64,000 nucleotides of DNA. Source: Lentisphaeria bacterium. GTDB taxonomy: Bacteria > Verrucomicrobiota > Lentisphaeria > JABSQK01 > JAWLHB01. A program made the position numbers and the translations under genes. The stretch spans positions 1 to 64,000 of the forward strand of contig JAWLHB010000013.1 in the NCBI GenBank assembly GCA_041690595.1, written 5' to 3'. Under the pieces are notes generated by a model. It saw only the letters and a list, made by a program, of their open reading frames with translations, ran no database searches and was not told where the DNA came from. Numbering within the stretch: the stretch's first letter is position 1; every line of letters starts with the position of its first letter. Shown one piece after another: positions 11,592-21,492 of this stretch.

Positions 11592-12371
11592 TTACCACTT
11601 TCGGCGGGTGGGAACACCGGCGCGGACCAGTTCTTCCTTGATCCGCGCAATCTGGTACTCGCCGGTGTGGATCATGCTGGCGATGATCGCGGCATCGGCA
11701 TGCGCCTTCTGGAAGACGTCGATCAGGTGCTGAGGGGTTCCGGCACCTCCGGAGGCGACCACAGGGATGCCCACCGCCCCGGCGATCATACCGGTCAGAG
11801 TCAGCTCGTAGCCCTCGCGGGTGCCATCGGCATCAACCGAGTTGACGACGATTTCACCGACGCCAAGAGCTTCGGCACGGCGCGCCCATTCGAGGGCGTC
11901 CATCCCGGTACGCTCGCGAAAGCCGCGGGTGGTGATTTCGTAACCGCTGGGGAAGCGGGCGTCATCGTCGACGCGGACAGGATCCATGCCCAGCACAATA
12001 CATTGCGACCCGAAGCGCCTGGCGCCTTCGACGATAAGCTGGGGGTTGTGCACCGCCAGCGAGTTGATCGAGATCTTTTCGGCGCCGGCCAGCAGGACGC
12101 GGTACATGTCGTCGAGGGTGGCCAGACCGCCGCCGACAGCAAAGGGAATGCGCACGGCGCGGGCTACTTCGCGGACCATCTCGATGTCAATGGGGCGCCC
12201 TTCGGCGGAGGCGGTGATGTCATAAAAGACGAGTTCATCGCAGCCGCCTTCGCTGTAAGCGACGGCCATTTCGACGGGATCGCCGAGGTCGACATTGTTC
12301 TGGAACTTGACTCCCTTGGTGACGACTTTGTTGCGCACATCGAGGCAGGGTATGATGCGTTTGGTCAGCAT
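11592..12371 (-). CDS. hisF: Imidazole glycerol phosphate synthase cyclase subunit
   Basis: MLTKRIIPCLDV, DELVFYDITAS, VGGG, VDADGT, ASGGAG. Confidence 0.96.
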   Translation of the reverse strand: MLTKRIIPCLDVRNKVVTKGVKFQNNVDLGDPVEMAVAYSEGGCDELVFYDITASAEGRPIDIEMVREVARAVRIPFAVGGGLATLDDMYRVLLAGAEKISINSLAVHNPQLIVEGARRFGSQCIVLGMDPVRVDDDARFPSGYEITTRGFRERTGMDALEWARRAEALGVGEIVVNSVDADGTREGYELTLTGMIAGAVGIPVVASGGAGTPQHLIDVFQKAHADAAIIASMIHTGEYQIARIKEELVRAGVPTRRKW

Positions 12372-12988
12372 GAGCCATTCCAGGAGGTAAAGTTCCGCAG
12401 CATGCGCAGCCCGATACGTCCGGATCGTTCCGGGTGAAACTGCGTGGCGACAAGGTTGTTGCGGCCGAGCACGCTGGCGAAGCGCGCGTCGGCATAGTCG
12501 GTTTCGGCAATGACATCTTCGCGCCGTGCCGGTGCCGGATAATAGCTGTGCACGAAGTAGAACTCGGAGTCGTCTTCTATGCCCTCGAAGAGCGGATGGG
12601 GGCGGCAGAGGTGAACGGCATTCCAGCCGATCTGGGGAATCTTGTCGTAGGGATCAGTTGGCCGAAAGCGCACGACCTTTCCCGGCACGAGGCCGACACA
12701 ATCGGTGCCGGCATCTTCTTCGGAATGCTCGAGGATAATCTGGGTCCCCAGGCAGATGCCCAGGAAGGGGGTTCCCTTGGCAACGACGTCGCGGAGGCAC
12801 TGTTCGAGTTTCAGGTCGCGCAGGTGCTGCATGGCATCGCCGGCGGCGCCTACGCCAGGGAAGACAACACGATCGGCGGCCAGCACGGTAGCCGGGTCGC
12901 TGGTGATCCGCGCTTCCACGCCAAGCGCCTCGAACGCCAGCAAGACGCTGGTGAGGTTGCCCGCTTTGTAATCGACAATCGCTATCAT
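12365..12988 (-). CDS. hisH: Imidazole glycerol phosphate synthase glutaminase subunit
   Basis: IVDYKAGNL, PGVG, LGICLG, FYFVHSY, QFHPERS. Confidence 0.95.
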   Translation of the reverse strand: MIAIVDYKAGNLTSVLLAFEALGVEARITSDPATVLAADRVVFPGVGAAGDAMQHLRDLKLEQCLRDVVAKGTPFLGICLGTQIILEHSEEDAGTDCVGLVPGKVVRFRPTDPYDKIPQIGWNAVHLCRPHPLFEGIEDDSEFYFVHSYYPAPARREDVIAETDYADARFASVLGRNNLVATQFHPERSGRIGLRMLRNFTSWNGSC

Positions 12989-13044
12989 GACTCGTTCCTT
13001 GAACGCGGTTGATGCCACACCTTTTCCGGCGCGGGAAAAGCAGC

Positions 13045-13073
13045 ACTGTACACAGTAAATCCCCTGATGTCAA
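13045..13073 (-). promoter_or_regulatory. Putative sigma70 promoter TTGACA-N17-TACAGT for hisHF
   Basis: Plus-strand TGTCAA 13068-13073 and ACTGTA 13045-13050, 17 bp spacer. Confidence 0.6.
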
Positions 13074-13281
13074 CGGCGGCTGTTCGCTGGTTGGGAGTTA
13101 CCGCCGCGTTGCCCGAGGGACCGCATGGCCACACAGGCGCGTGGGGTTCCCAGGATGGGGGGGCGCCAATGTCGTCGCCTTCGCATGGCATTTTCTGCCG
13201 CACCATGATGAAGAGAGGGCTGATACGTGCTAAACTTCCCGGTCACGGGATCACGTATTCACGCCGAGAAAGGAGACCAGC

Positions 13282-15294
13282 ATGGACGCAGGGCTTGAGC
13301 AGGAGTACGCAGCCGCGGTGGAGCTGCTGCGGGATCGGCTCGATCGACATCTGATCGCACTGTTCGACCAAGGGGATTTTGCGGAATCGCTGCTGCGCTA
13401 CCTGCAGCGCCGGCGGTTGCCGATCCTGCCGTTCGATTTTGACAACCTCGCCACCATTGCCGATCTTGCCGCTCAACTCGATCCGTCCGAGACCGCCTGG
13501 GAGCGCGAAATCGCGGACGAGGCTGTGGCTGGACGGCTCTATGGCGCCTCCAATCCCTATTGCAGACGCTTCCTCGAACTCGACCGCGATAGCTTCGACT
13601 TCACCAGCCATCCCTATCCGGACCCGGAGACGATTCACGGTCTTGGCCGGATGCGCTGGTTGGCCTGCCTGGGACGCACCTACTGGAAGGATCAGGACCC
13701 TCGCTACTTTGACGCGCTGATGCGTGAATGGGACTATTTCGTCTCGCGGGTGCCTTTTCCCGGCGAGGAGTTTCTGGCGACGATGCATGCCATCGGCAGT
13801 CGCGGCATGGGGCCACCATTCGGAGAGTTGGACATCTTCATCCGGCTGACGAACTGGTACTGGGCGTACTGGCTGGCCGTGCCGGCGGCGGAGATGACGC
13901 CGATCCGCAATGCGGTGCTGCTGGCCCGCTGCCTGCGCCTCTTCGATCTGGTGGCGGCGCGCGGCATCGCGATACAGGAACACAACTTCACCTCGATGCA
14001 GATGGAGGGGCTCTACCTATGGGCAAGTGCACTCCCGGAGGTGCAGGGCATGACGGTATGGAAGCACGCGGCACGCAATATCATGGAATCGAGCCTGGCG
14101 CGGGCAGTCTGGCAGGATGGGGTCCAGTGGGAGAAGTCGGCCAGCTATCACGCGGGCTGCATCCGCTGGTACGGCGCCAGCTTCCTCCTTGGCAATCGCC
14201 AGGGCGAACCTTGGGCAACCGCCTACGGAGAGCGCCTCCTGCGAATGGGCAACTTCCTCGATGCCGTCATCACACCTGACCAGAAGCTGACGCTCATCTC
14301 CGACACCGATCGCGTCGATTCCTGGCAGCCCGCCCTGGGCATGCTGAAGGCCATCTTTCCCGACTGCCGCTTCATGCACGCCGTAAAGCCGAGCTGCTTC
14401 AGCCTGTGGGCATCCAACGGCTGTGTCTGGAACTCCGTGGATACGCTTCCGACACCCCGAATCTCGCACTTCCCGCTGGGAGGCATCGCCGTCGCCCGCT
14501 CCTCCATTTCCACGACGGCGTCACAGCTGATCCTGGACAATGGCCCGACCTCTGCCGGCCATGCACACAAGGCCAATCTCACTATTCACTGGGATGCCTT
14601 GGGGCTCCCTGCCATTGTGGATCCCGGTCGCTGGATCTACGATTCTTCTGTCGAGCGCGCATGGGTGGTGAACGGTGAGTCTCACAACACTATCCTGCCA
14701 CTGGAGAGGCTGATCGAGCCACACGAGAGGATCAAGGAATCGGCCATCCCTCCCGTCGTCCAGCCGGAAGATCCGCGCGTGGGCGCCATCGAGGCCGTGG
14801 ACAGCGAAGATGCCATAACCTTCCGCTCCTCACTGACCGGTTTTCGGATTGAAACGGGCGCCCGCGTGACGCGTGAGGTGGTGGTCGGCACCTGCGAGAC
14901 GGAGGAGCCATGGCTGATCGTCCTTGACCATTTCCAGGGTACGGAGCCTCACCTGTGGACCAATTCCTGGCTGCTGCCCGGCGGTGAACCGGCGGCGAGC
15001 ATGGGTGGCGGCTGGAGGCTGACTCTGGACAGTGGTCTGCATCTGGCGATCGCGGTCCTGGGTTCGGATCATCCGCAGGCGCGGGACGATGCCATGTTCT
15101 GGTGCCCCAACTATGGCGAGCGCGAACCGGCCCGATGGCTGCGTTTCTCCAGCGAATGCACCAGCGGCTGGCGCCTCTTTGCCTTCCACGCCGGCAAGGA
15201 AGCCCCCTCCATGCCGTTGCTGGAGCATTCGCGCGAGCAGGAATGCCTGGTGGTACGCTTCGGAACGCGGCAGGTCAGCCTTCGCGCGCGATGA
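13282..15294 (+). CDS. Heparinase II/III-like polysaccharide lyase family protein
   Basis: DGVQWEKSASYH, GHAHKANL...VDPGRWIY, ESHNT; AAAGGAG RBS. Confidence 0.8.
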   Translation: MDAGLEQEYAAAVELLRDRLDRHLIALFDQGDFAESLLRYLQRRRLPILPFDFDNLATIADLAAQLDPSETAWEREIADEAVAGRLYGASNPYCRRFLELDRDSFDFTSHPYPDPETIHGLGRMRWLACLGRTYWKDQDPRYFDALMREWDYFVSRVPFPGEEFLATMHAIGSRGMGPPFGELDIFIRLTNWYWAYWLAVPAAEMTPIRNAVLLARCLRLFDLVAARGIAIQEHNFTSMQMEGLYLWASALPEVQGMTVWKHAARNIMESSLARAVWQDGVQWEKSASYHAGCIRWYGASFLLGNRQGEPWATAYGERLLRMGNFLDAVITPDQKLTLISDTDRVDSWQPALGMLKAIFPDCRFMHAVKPSCFSLWASNGCVWNSVDTLPTPRISHFPLGGIAVARSSISTTASQLILDNGPTSAGHAHKANLTIHWDALGLPAIVDPGRWIYDSSVERAWVVNGESHNTILPLERLIEPHERIKESAIPPVVQPEDPRVGAIEAVDSEDAITFRSSLTGFRIETGARVTREVVVGTCETEEPWLIVLDHFQGTEPHLWTNSWLLPGGEPAASMGGGWRLTLDSGLHLAIAVLGSDHPQARDDAMFWCPNYGEREPARWLRFSSECTSGWRLFAFHAGKEAPSMPLLEHSREQECLVVRFGTRQVSLRAR

Positions 15295-15787
15295 TCGCCG
15301 CCGCTTCCCGCAGATCCACCGCGCTGAAATCCGCTGCACCATCCGCATCCGGTCCAATGCGGATGGTGCGGCATCCGGCCGCACTGCCGGCCTTGGCATC
15401 ACCCGCCTTGTCGCCAATCATCCACGATTGACGACAGTCGACATCCAGCTTCGCCGCCGCATCCACAATCATGCCCGGCTCCGGCTTCCGACATGCACAT
15501 GCAACATCCGGGCTGTGCGGACAATAGACCATCGTGTCGAAGCGAACCCCATGGGGCAGCAGGAGTTCCTGGAGCCGCTCATGCTGCGCCAGGACGATCT
15601 CCTCCGCGAAGTAGCCGCGGCCAATCCCAGACTGATTAGTCACCAGGACCAGCCGAAAGCCCTGTTCCACCATGCTCCTCAGCCCCTCGCCCGCCCCCGG
15701 CAGCAACTCCACGCCTTCCACGGTATCCAGATAGGCTTTATCAACGATGACGGTACCATCCCGATCAAGAAAAACTGCGCGTTCCAT
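15275..15787 (-). CDS. gmhB: D-glycero-D-manno-heptose 1,7-bisphosphate phosphatase (HAD IIIA)
   Basis: AVFLDRDGT, VTNQSGIGRG, YCPH...CACRKPEPGM, MIGD. Confidence 0.9.
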   Translation of the reverse strand: MERAVFLDRDGTVIVDKAYLDTVEGVELLPGAGEGLRSMVEQGFRLVLVTNQSGIGRGYFAEEIVLAQHERLQELLLPHGVRFDTMVYCPHSPDVACACRKPEPGMIVDAAAKLDVDCRQSWMIGDKAGDAKAGSAAGCRTIRIGPDADGAADFSAVDLREAAAIIAREG

Positions 15788-15794
15788 GGTCCCT

Positions 15795-16799
15795 CTAATG
15801 CTCGAAACTTTGCAGCAACTGTTCCGGAGCGATCGGAACCGTGCCGATTTTGCCGACGACGACGCCGGCGGCGTGATTGGCCAGCTCGACGGCATCCCCG
15901 GGCGAGAGTCCTGCCAGCCGACCGGCAGTGAAAGTGGCAATGACGGTGTCGCCCGCACCGGAGACGTCAAAGACCTCCCTGGCTACCGTGGGCATGTGAC
16001 GCACTGGCTCGTCGGCCATGAAGAGCGCCATCCCCTCACCGCCCAGCGTCACCAGCAGCAATTCCGGCTGCCACCGCGCCATGAGCTGCTCGCCTACCTG
16101 AAGCAGAGGCATGTCTTGCTCGAGAGGGAGTACCGTGGAGCGATAGTAGACGCCCGCCAGCGCAAAGGCCTCCGACCGGTTCGGCGTCAGGATCGTCAGC
16201 CCTTTTATTTCGATTGGGTTGCCCGGGTGGGGATCCAGCGCCGTCATCATGCCGCTTTCACGGGCCAGAGAGAGGATATGATCGGCAAAAGCCTGATTGA
16301 CCACCCCCTTGTTGTAGTCCTCGATGATCACCGCGTCGATCTCGCCCCCGCGCATCATTCGCCCAAGGCGCTCGGCCAGTTCCTGGCGCAGTCCATCCTC
16401 GATGGGCGCATCGTCTTCCTCGTCGATGCGGACGACCTGCTGCGGCTCGGCAATCACCCGTGTCTTCACGGTAGTCGGCCGATTGCTCTGCTGAATAATG
16501 CCTGCGGTGCCGATACCGCCCGCCTCGCACAGGGCCAGCAGCTCATGGCCGGAGCTGTCGTCGCCGATGACGCCGAAGGCCTGTCCAACCACGCCGAGCG
16601 AGGCGAGATTGCGCAGCACGTTGGCCGCGCCACCGAGAACAGAACGCTTGTGTTGCACTTTCACGATCGGCACGGGGGCCTCTGGTGAAATGCGACTGGC
16701 ACGTCCGGTGATATAGCGATCGAGCATCAGGTCGCCGACCACGGCTACCCGCACCTGCCCAAGTTTGCCAAGAGTCTCTGCCACACGTTTCTTATTCAT
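15795..16799 (-). CDS. hldA: D-glycero-beta-D-manno-heptose-7-phosphate kinase (stand-alone RfaE domain I, PfkB family)
   Basis: VVGDLMLDRY..G...RISPEAPVP, DYNKG, TPNRSE, VFDVSGAGDTV. Confidence 0.9.
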   Translation of the reverse strand: MNKKRVAETLGKLGQVRVAVVGDLMLDRYITGRASRISPEAPVPIVKVQHKRSVLGGAANVLRNLASLGVVGQAFGVIGDDSSGHELLALCEAGGIGTAGIIQQSNRPTTVKTRVIAEPQQVVRIDEEDDAPIEDGLRQELAERLGRMMRGGEIDAVIIEDYNKGVVNQAFADHILSLARESGMMTALDPHPGNPIEIKGLTILTPNRSEAFALAGVYYRSTVLPLEQDMPLLQVGEQLMARWQPELLLVTLGGEGMALFMADEPVRHMPTVAREVFDVSGAGDTVIATFTAGRLAGLSPGDAVELANHAAGVVVGKIGTVPIAPEQLLQSFEH

Positions 16800-17553
16800 G
16801 CGTTTCCTTTTCCGCTGCCAGGATCTTCTCCATGGCAGCATCGAGATCAATGCCCTGATCGGGCGGATAGAGTTCCTTGTTCACGAGCTGAAGGAGGATC
16901 GAGTAGAGAGCCTGAAGATCATCGTGCATCTGGGTGATCTGCCGCGCATCGAGGCGCTCGTCGTAGTGGCGCAGGTAGAGAGCCATGTTGTCCAGTTCTT
17001 CACCAACCAGTCCCAGAGTCACGATGACAGTCTCATCTGTCTGCTCATGACTATGCGTCGAAATCCCATTGCGGAGCAAATCGAGCAGCATCAGAGTACG
17101 CTGGCGGCTGATCTCCATACCCATCGCCGACTCCTGTTTCATGGCCAGCGGCAGCCAGATCCCGATCCCCAGTTGAAAGATCAGGATCGTCACAATCGCC
17201 GCCGAAACAAGTATCGGCAGGATTCCGATCCGGCGCTGCTGCCCCGTAGTCTCAAAGCGCACCATGAAGCGCAGGGAGTAACGCTCTCCGATCTGGAGGC
17301 GGTCACCGCTGCGAAGCTGGGCCGGTCCCGCCGCCACCGACTCACCATTTACGCGCAGGTCGTCCTCTGCCCCATCCAGCACAAATCCATTCGACGGCGG
17401 ATCGTGATTGATCACCAGATCGCCGCCAGGCCACCCTTCCACCTGGGCATCTGCCGTCTCGCCGGCACCAATGACCAGACGCCCTCCCTCGGCCCGGCCC
17501 GACCACCGCCGGAGGGGATTCTCGTTGTCGACAATGGTTATCTGGAGGATCAT
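16792..17553 (-). CDS. Membrane protein with N-terminal FHA-like beta domain
   Basis: LRVNGESV....QLRSGDRLQIG FHA-like tail, one TM helix, helical C-terminus; overlaps both neighbours. Confidence 0.6.
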   Translation of the reverse strand: MILQITIVDNENPLRRWSGRAEGGRLVIGAGETADAQVEGWPGGDLVINHDPPSNGFVLDGAEDDLRVNGESVAAGPAQLRSGDRLQIGERYSLRFMVRFETTGQQRRIGILPILVSAAIVTILIFQLGIGIWLPLAMKQESAMGMEISRQRTLMLLDLLRNGISTHSHEQTDETVIVTLGLVGEELDNMALYLRHYDERLDARQITQMHDDLQALYSILLQLVNKELYPPDQGIDLDAAMEKILAAEKETHE

Positions 17554-19229
17554 GGTCTTGACTCGGATGGAAAGGAGATCGGTACTCCCGGTGGAGTTGG
17601 GGCCTCCTCGGGAGGTGGCGAAGGCGGCGGTGCATCAAAAGGGGGCGGCACGAAGGGCGGCGGAAATGCCTGCCGTCTCTCCCGTGGCACTGCCATCGCG
17701 GTCACGTAGAAGATCACGAGCCGTGTCGGGCTCTGCAGCGGCTCCAGCATCACGTCGAAGCCCACCGTCTTTCGGTAGGACTGTCGCGCCTCTTCGATGT
17801 TGTAAGCGAGTATGAACTGCGGATAGAAGGGATAGACGGCGGGATCTTCCTTCAGGGCAAACTTGGTCCCCCCATCCAGGCATTCCAGCTGCAGCTGCGA
17901 GCGGTAAACCTCATGCCGTTGCCAGTAGAACTCCATGCTGTGGAAGAAATGGACGTCGATGAAGATGCGGCTGTTCGGCGGCAGCAGCGGGTTGTCCACC
18001 ATGAAGAGCGCCGTCTGGCTGATATCGTCGTTGCGGGCGTAGAACTGCTGCAGCAGGTTCTGCGGATACTCGCCGTCCTCCAGCCGTGAGCGCGACGTAT
18101 AGTCGCTCAGCTTGTGAAAGACCAGCAGGTTCGCCAGCACCATCAGGATCAGCAGAAGAAAGTAGATGTTCTTGTGCACCAGCCGCTCCCGAAAACCGAT
18201 CAGCCCACACACGGTAAATGGCGCGAAGTACGCAAGCATCGCCCGCGGCCAAGGCGCCAGCACCAGCGCAAAGATCAGGATCGGCACGGCACAGCTGAAC
18301 AGCAGAATGGGCAGCGAACGCAGCACCACATCGCCCTCCTCCTTCCACTTCACCTCGCCAAACTCCGGCTGACGCCGCAAGGCCAGTACCGCCAACAGAA
18401 ATGCCCCCACATGCGCCCCGAAGCCCAGTGCCACGTTGCCGGCAACCTGCCAGCCAGACTCCCAGCCTCCCGTGTTTCGCGTCACCTCCATGAAGTCCTC
18501 CCAGATCGGCACATACAGCAGCATGCCAGCCACCCCGCACACGGCACAAACGGCCACAATCGCCATGTCGCCCCGGCGAAAGCGCCGCCCTTGCCACCAC
18601 AGCGTGAGCGCCAGGTACCCCACCAGGCTGCCGTTGAGCAGCAGATTGCTCGGTATCGCCATCGGCAGAAGAATCGCCGCCGGCACAAAGAGACACAACC
18701 CCTGAACCCGATCGCCACGCACGATGCGCAGCACCCCAAGCGTCGCGATCATGGCCAGCAGGATCGAAAGTCCATAGCCACGCAATTGATAGAAGAACGC
18801 CAGATAAACCGGGCTCAGCGCAAAGAGCATCGTCACCAGCAGACGCGCCGATTCCGGAAAGAGCCGCCGCCCCTGCCAGTACAGTACCAGCACGGAAAGA
18901 AAGGCGAAAAGCAGGCACGGAAAACGCATCGCATCCTCCGTCGCCGGCAGGTTCAGCTGCATCCAGTGCCACAGCACCACCGAGAAGAGGATATGATTGT
19001 TGGCGATTGGATACTTCTGAAGAATGTTCTGCCAGTGAGACTGCGCCCCGTAGTCGTAAATGGTGATGATCTCGTCCATCCAGAAATCCGTCCGCAGGTA
19101 CTCGAGCGCCAGCGCGCTGAACAGAACCAGCGTGCCGAGGAAGCACCAGCGCAGAAAGGTGGGCTCCCGGTAGAGCGGCAGGTCGGGCGAGGGATCGAGC
19201 TTGGGGACGGACGTAGCGGGGGTATTCAT
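17550..19229 (-). CDS. Polytopic membrane protein, GT-C/PMT-like glycosyltransferase
   Basis: FWMDE after first TM, NNHIL, QLRGY, many TM helices, Pro-rich tail. Confidence 0.7.
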   Translation of the reverse strand: MNTPATSVPKLDPSPDLPLYREPTFLRWCFLGTLVLFSALALEYLRTDFWMDEIITIYDYGAQSHWQNILQKYPIANNHILFSVVLWHWMQLNLPATEDAMRFPCLLFAFLSVLVLYWQGRRLFPESARLLVTMLFALSPVYLAFFYQLRGYGLSILLAMIATLGVLRIVRGDRVQGLCLFVPAAILLPMAIPSNLLLNGSLVGYLALTLWWQGRRFRRGDMAIVAVCAVCGVAGMLLYVPIWEDFMEVTRNTGGWESGWQVAGNVALGFGAHVGAFLLAVLALRRQPEFGEVKWKEEGDVVLRSLPILLFSCAVPILIFALVLAPWPRAMLAYFAPFTVCGLIGFRERLVHKNIYFLLLILMVLANLLVFHKLSDYTSRSRLEDGEYPQNLLQQFYARNDDISQTALFMVDNPLLPPNSRIFIDVHFFHSMEFYWQRHEVYRSQLQLECLDGGTKFALKEDPAVYPFYPQFILAYNIEEARQSYRKTVGFDVMLEPLQSPTRLVIFYVTAMAVPRERRQAFPPPFVPPPFDAPPPSPPPEEAPTPPGVPISFPSESRP

Positions 19230-21451
19230 AGCTGAAGTCTGTAGCAGAGGCGGCTGAAGCGGGGTACTTGTTTGAAATTGCCGATGGCGACGGAGAGCGC
19301 CTTGCGAGAGCCCAGCAGGATCAGCAGTTTGCTGGGCCGGGTGATTGCCGTATAGACCAGGTTGCGGCGCAGCATCACGTAATGCTGGTTGAGCAACGGC
19401 ACGATGACCACCGGAAATTCGCTGCCCTGCGACTTGTGGATTGTCATCGCGTAGGCAAGGCGAAGCTGATGGATATCTTCCTTGGTGTACTCCACCTCAC
19501 CGATGTCGAACAATACCGTAAGACGATTGTCCTCATTGTCCACCCCGATTATCAGTCCAAGATCGCCATTGAAGACCCCATGCTCATAATTATTCACCGT
19601 CTGCATCACCCGATCGCCGTCACGGTAGGGCGTTTCGCCGATGTAAAGCGCCTCCCGATTCCCTTCCGAATCGCCGTTCAACACCGCCTGAAGCTCCCGA
19701 TTCAGATTCTCCGCCCCCACAATTCCACGGTTCATCGGCGTCAAGACCTGGATATCCTCCATCGGCGAAAAGCCGAAGCGCGCTGGGATGCGCTCCGCCA
19801 CCATGCGGGTGATCAGCTCCACCACCCGCTCCGGCTCCTCCTGCTCGATCCAGTAGAAGTCGCGAAGCTCGTCATCCCGCGGCGGCGGCCGCAGATCCGG
19901 CATGATTCCCCGGTTCACCTGGTGGGCCACTGTGATGATGCGACTCTCCGCCCCCTGCCGGTAAACCTCATGCAGATGCGTCATCGGCACGATCCGGCTC
20001 TCCAGCAGATCGCGCAGCACCGATCCAGGCCCCACCGAGGGAAGCTGGTCGCTGTCTCCCACCAGAACCACCCGCGTCCCCAGGGCCACAGCCCGCAACA
20101 CGTGCATACCCAGCATGATGTCCACCATCGAGACCTCGTCCAGCACCAGAAGGTCGACCGGCAGCGGATTATCCACCCCGTGCACGAAGCCCCGATTCGC
20201 GGGTTCCCAGCGCAGCAACCGGTGGATCGTCTGCGCCGGCTGCATCGTCGCCTCGCTCAACCGCTTCGCCGCGCGCCCCGTCGGCGCCGCCAGCGATACC
20301 CGCAGCTTCAGTGACCTCGCCACCCGCACAATCTCCCGCGTTACCGTCGTCTTGCCCACGCCCGGCCCGCCGGTGACAATGCAGATCGGGCACTGAAAGA
20401 CCATCCCCACCGCCTGTCGCTGCGCCTCGTTCAGTCGCTCCCACATCTCGCCATGGGGTGCGATCTCGTCCACATCCAGCGCCTCCGGCGGGAACTCCAG
20501 CAACCGCTTGACCCGCTTCGCTACATCACTTTCGGCGTGGAAGAGCGACGCCGGGTAGACCATCTCATCCCCTGCCGCCAGCCCCTCCCGGCTGATCACG
20601 ACGGCCCCATCCTGCTCGGCTCTCGCGATGCCCAGACGCGTCAGCTCGTTGTCCACCTCGAGCACGGAGGCCGCCTCCTCCACCAGTAGATCGTACGGCA
20701 GGCACGTATGGCCATCCTGGGTGCAGCGCTGGTCGAGCACGTAGATAGCGCCCGAGGCCAGCCGAAAGGGATGATCCCGCGCGATATCGAGATGGCTGGC
20801 GGCCGCGTCAGCCATCCGGAATCCGATCCCCCAGATATCCTGCGCCATCCGGTATGGATTCTCCTTCACCTTCTCCACCGTCTCCGCACCATACTTGCGA
20901 TAAACCCGCTCGCAGTAGGCAGGACTGATGCCGAGCCCCTGCAGAAAAATGAAGGTATCCCGACGCTCCGACTGCTCGGACCACACCTCGCGAAACTGCT
21001 TGAGCCGGTTCTTCCCGAAGCCGGGCACCTCGCACAGCCGCGCCGAATAATGCTGCAGCACGTTCATCGTCTCCTCGCCGAAGCGGTCGATGATGCGATC
21101 GGCCAGCTTGGGACCAACACCCGGGATAATGCCGCTTGCCAGATACCTGCGCATGCCATCGATGCTGCTCGGCAGCACCGTCTCGTAACGGCTCACGCGG
21201 AACTGCCGCCCATACGTCTTGTGCTTTTCCCAGCTCCCCCAGGCTCGCAGGTTCTCCCCCACCCCGATCTCGCCCAGCGTCCCCACCAGGATACGCTCCT
21301 CGCCGCCCGTATCCACGATACGCAGCACCGCATAATTGCCGTCCTCGCTGCAGAAGACCACCGTGACCACCTCTCCCGTGAGGCTCCCCTCGGTGACGGA
21401 AGTCGAGTCGTCCTCTGCCCGTTGGCGGTTGAGCGGCAGTTCATAGTCCAT
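19226..21451 (-). CDS. recD2: ATP-dependent RecD-like DNA helicase RecD2
   Basis: HhH IPGVGPK, ENPY..IWGIGF..AD, TGGPGVGKTT, APTGRAA, DEVSM, GDSDQLPSVG, TIHKSQGSE. Confidence 0.95.
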   Translation of the reverse strand: MDYELPLNRQRAEDDSTSVTEGSLTGEVVTVVFCSEDGNYAVLRIVDTGGEERILVGTLGEIGVGENLRAWGSWEKHKTYGRQFRVSRYETVLPSSIDGMRRYLASGIIPGVGPKLADRIIDRFGEETMNVLQHYSARLCEVPGFGKNRLKQFREVWSEQSERRDTFIFLQGLGISPAYCERVYRKYGAETVEKVKENPYRMAQDIWGIGFRMADAAASHLDIARDHPFRLASGAIYVLDQRCTQDGHTCLPYDLLVEEAASVLEVDNELTRLGIARAEQDGAVVISREGLAAGDEMVYPASLFHAESDVAKRVKRLLEFPPEALDVDEIAPHGEMWERLNEAQRQAVGMVFQCPICIVTGGPGVGKTTVTREIVRVARSLKLRVSLAAPTGRAAKRLSEATMQPAQTIHRLLRWEPANRGFVHGVDNPLPVDLLVLDEVSMVDIMLGMHVLRAVALGTRVVLVGDSDQLPSVGPGSVLRDLLESRIVPMTHLHEVYRQGAESRIITVAHQVNRGIMPDLRPPPRDDELRDFYWIEQEEPERVVELITRMVAERIPARFGFSPMEDIQVLTPMNRGIVGAENLNRELQAVLNGDSEGNREALYIGETPYRDGDRVMQTVNNYEHGVFNGDLGLIIGVDNEDNRLTVLFDIGEVEYTKEDIHQLRLAYAMTIHKSQGSEFPVVIVPLLNQHYVMLRRNLVYTAITRPSKLLILLGSRKALSVAIGNFKQVPRFSRLCYRLQL

Positions 21452-21492
21452 CTCAGCAGTGCCTCTCGTACAAGCGTGGAAAGGTCGCCGCC

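Noticed and set aside
11592..12988. hisH/hisF as LPS-modification paralogues (WbuY/WbuZ type)
   Set aside because: Motifs look canonical and there is no adjacent N-acetyl sugar amidotransferase or O-antigen cluster.
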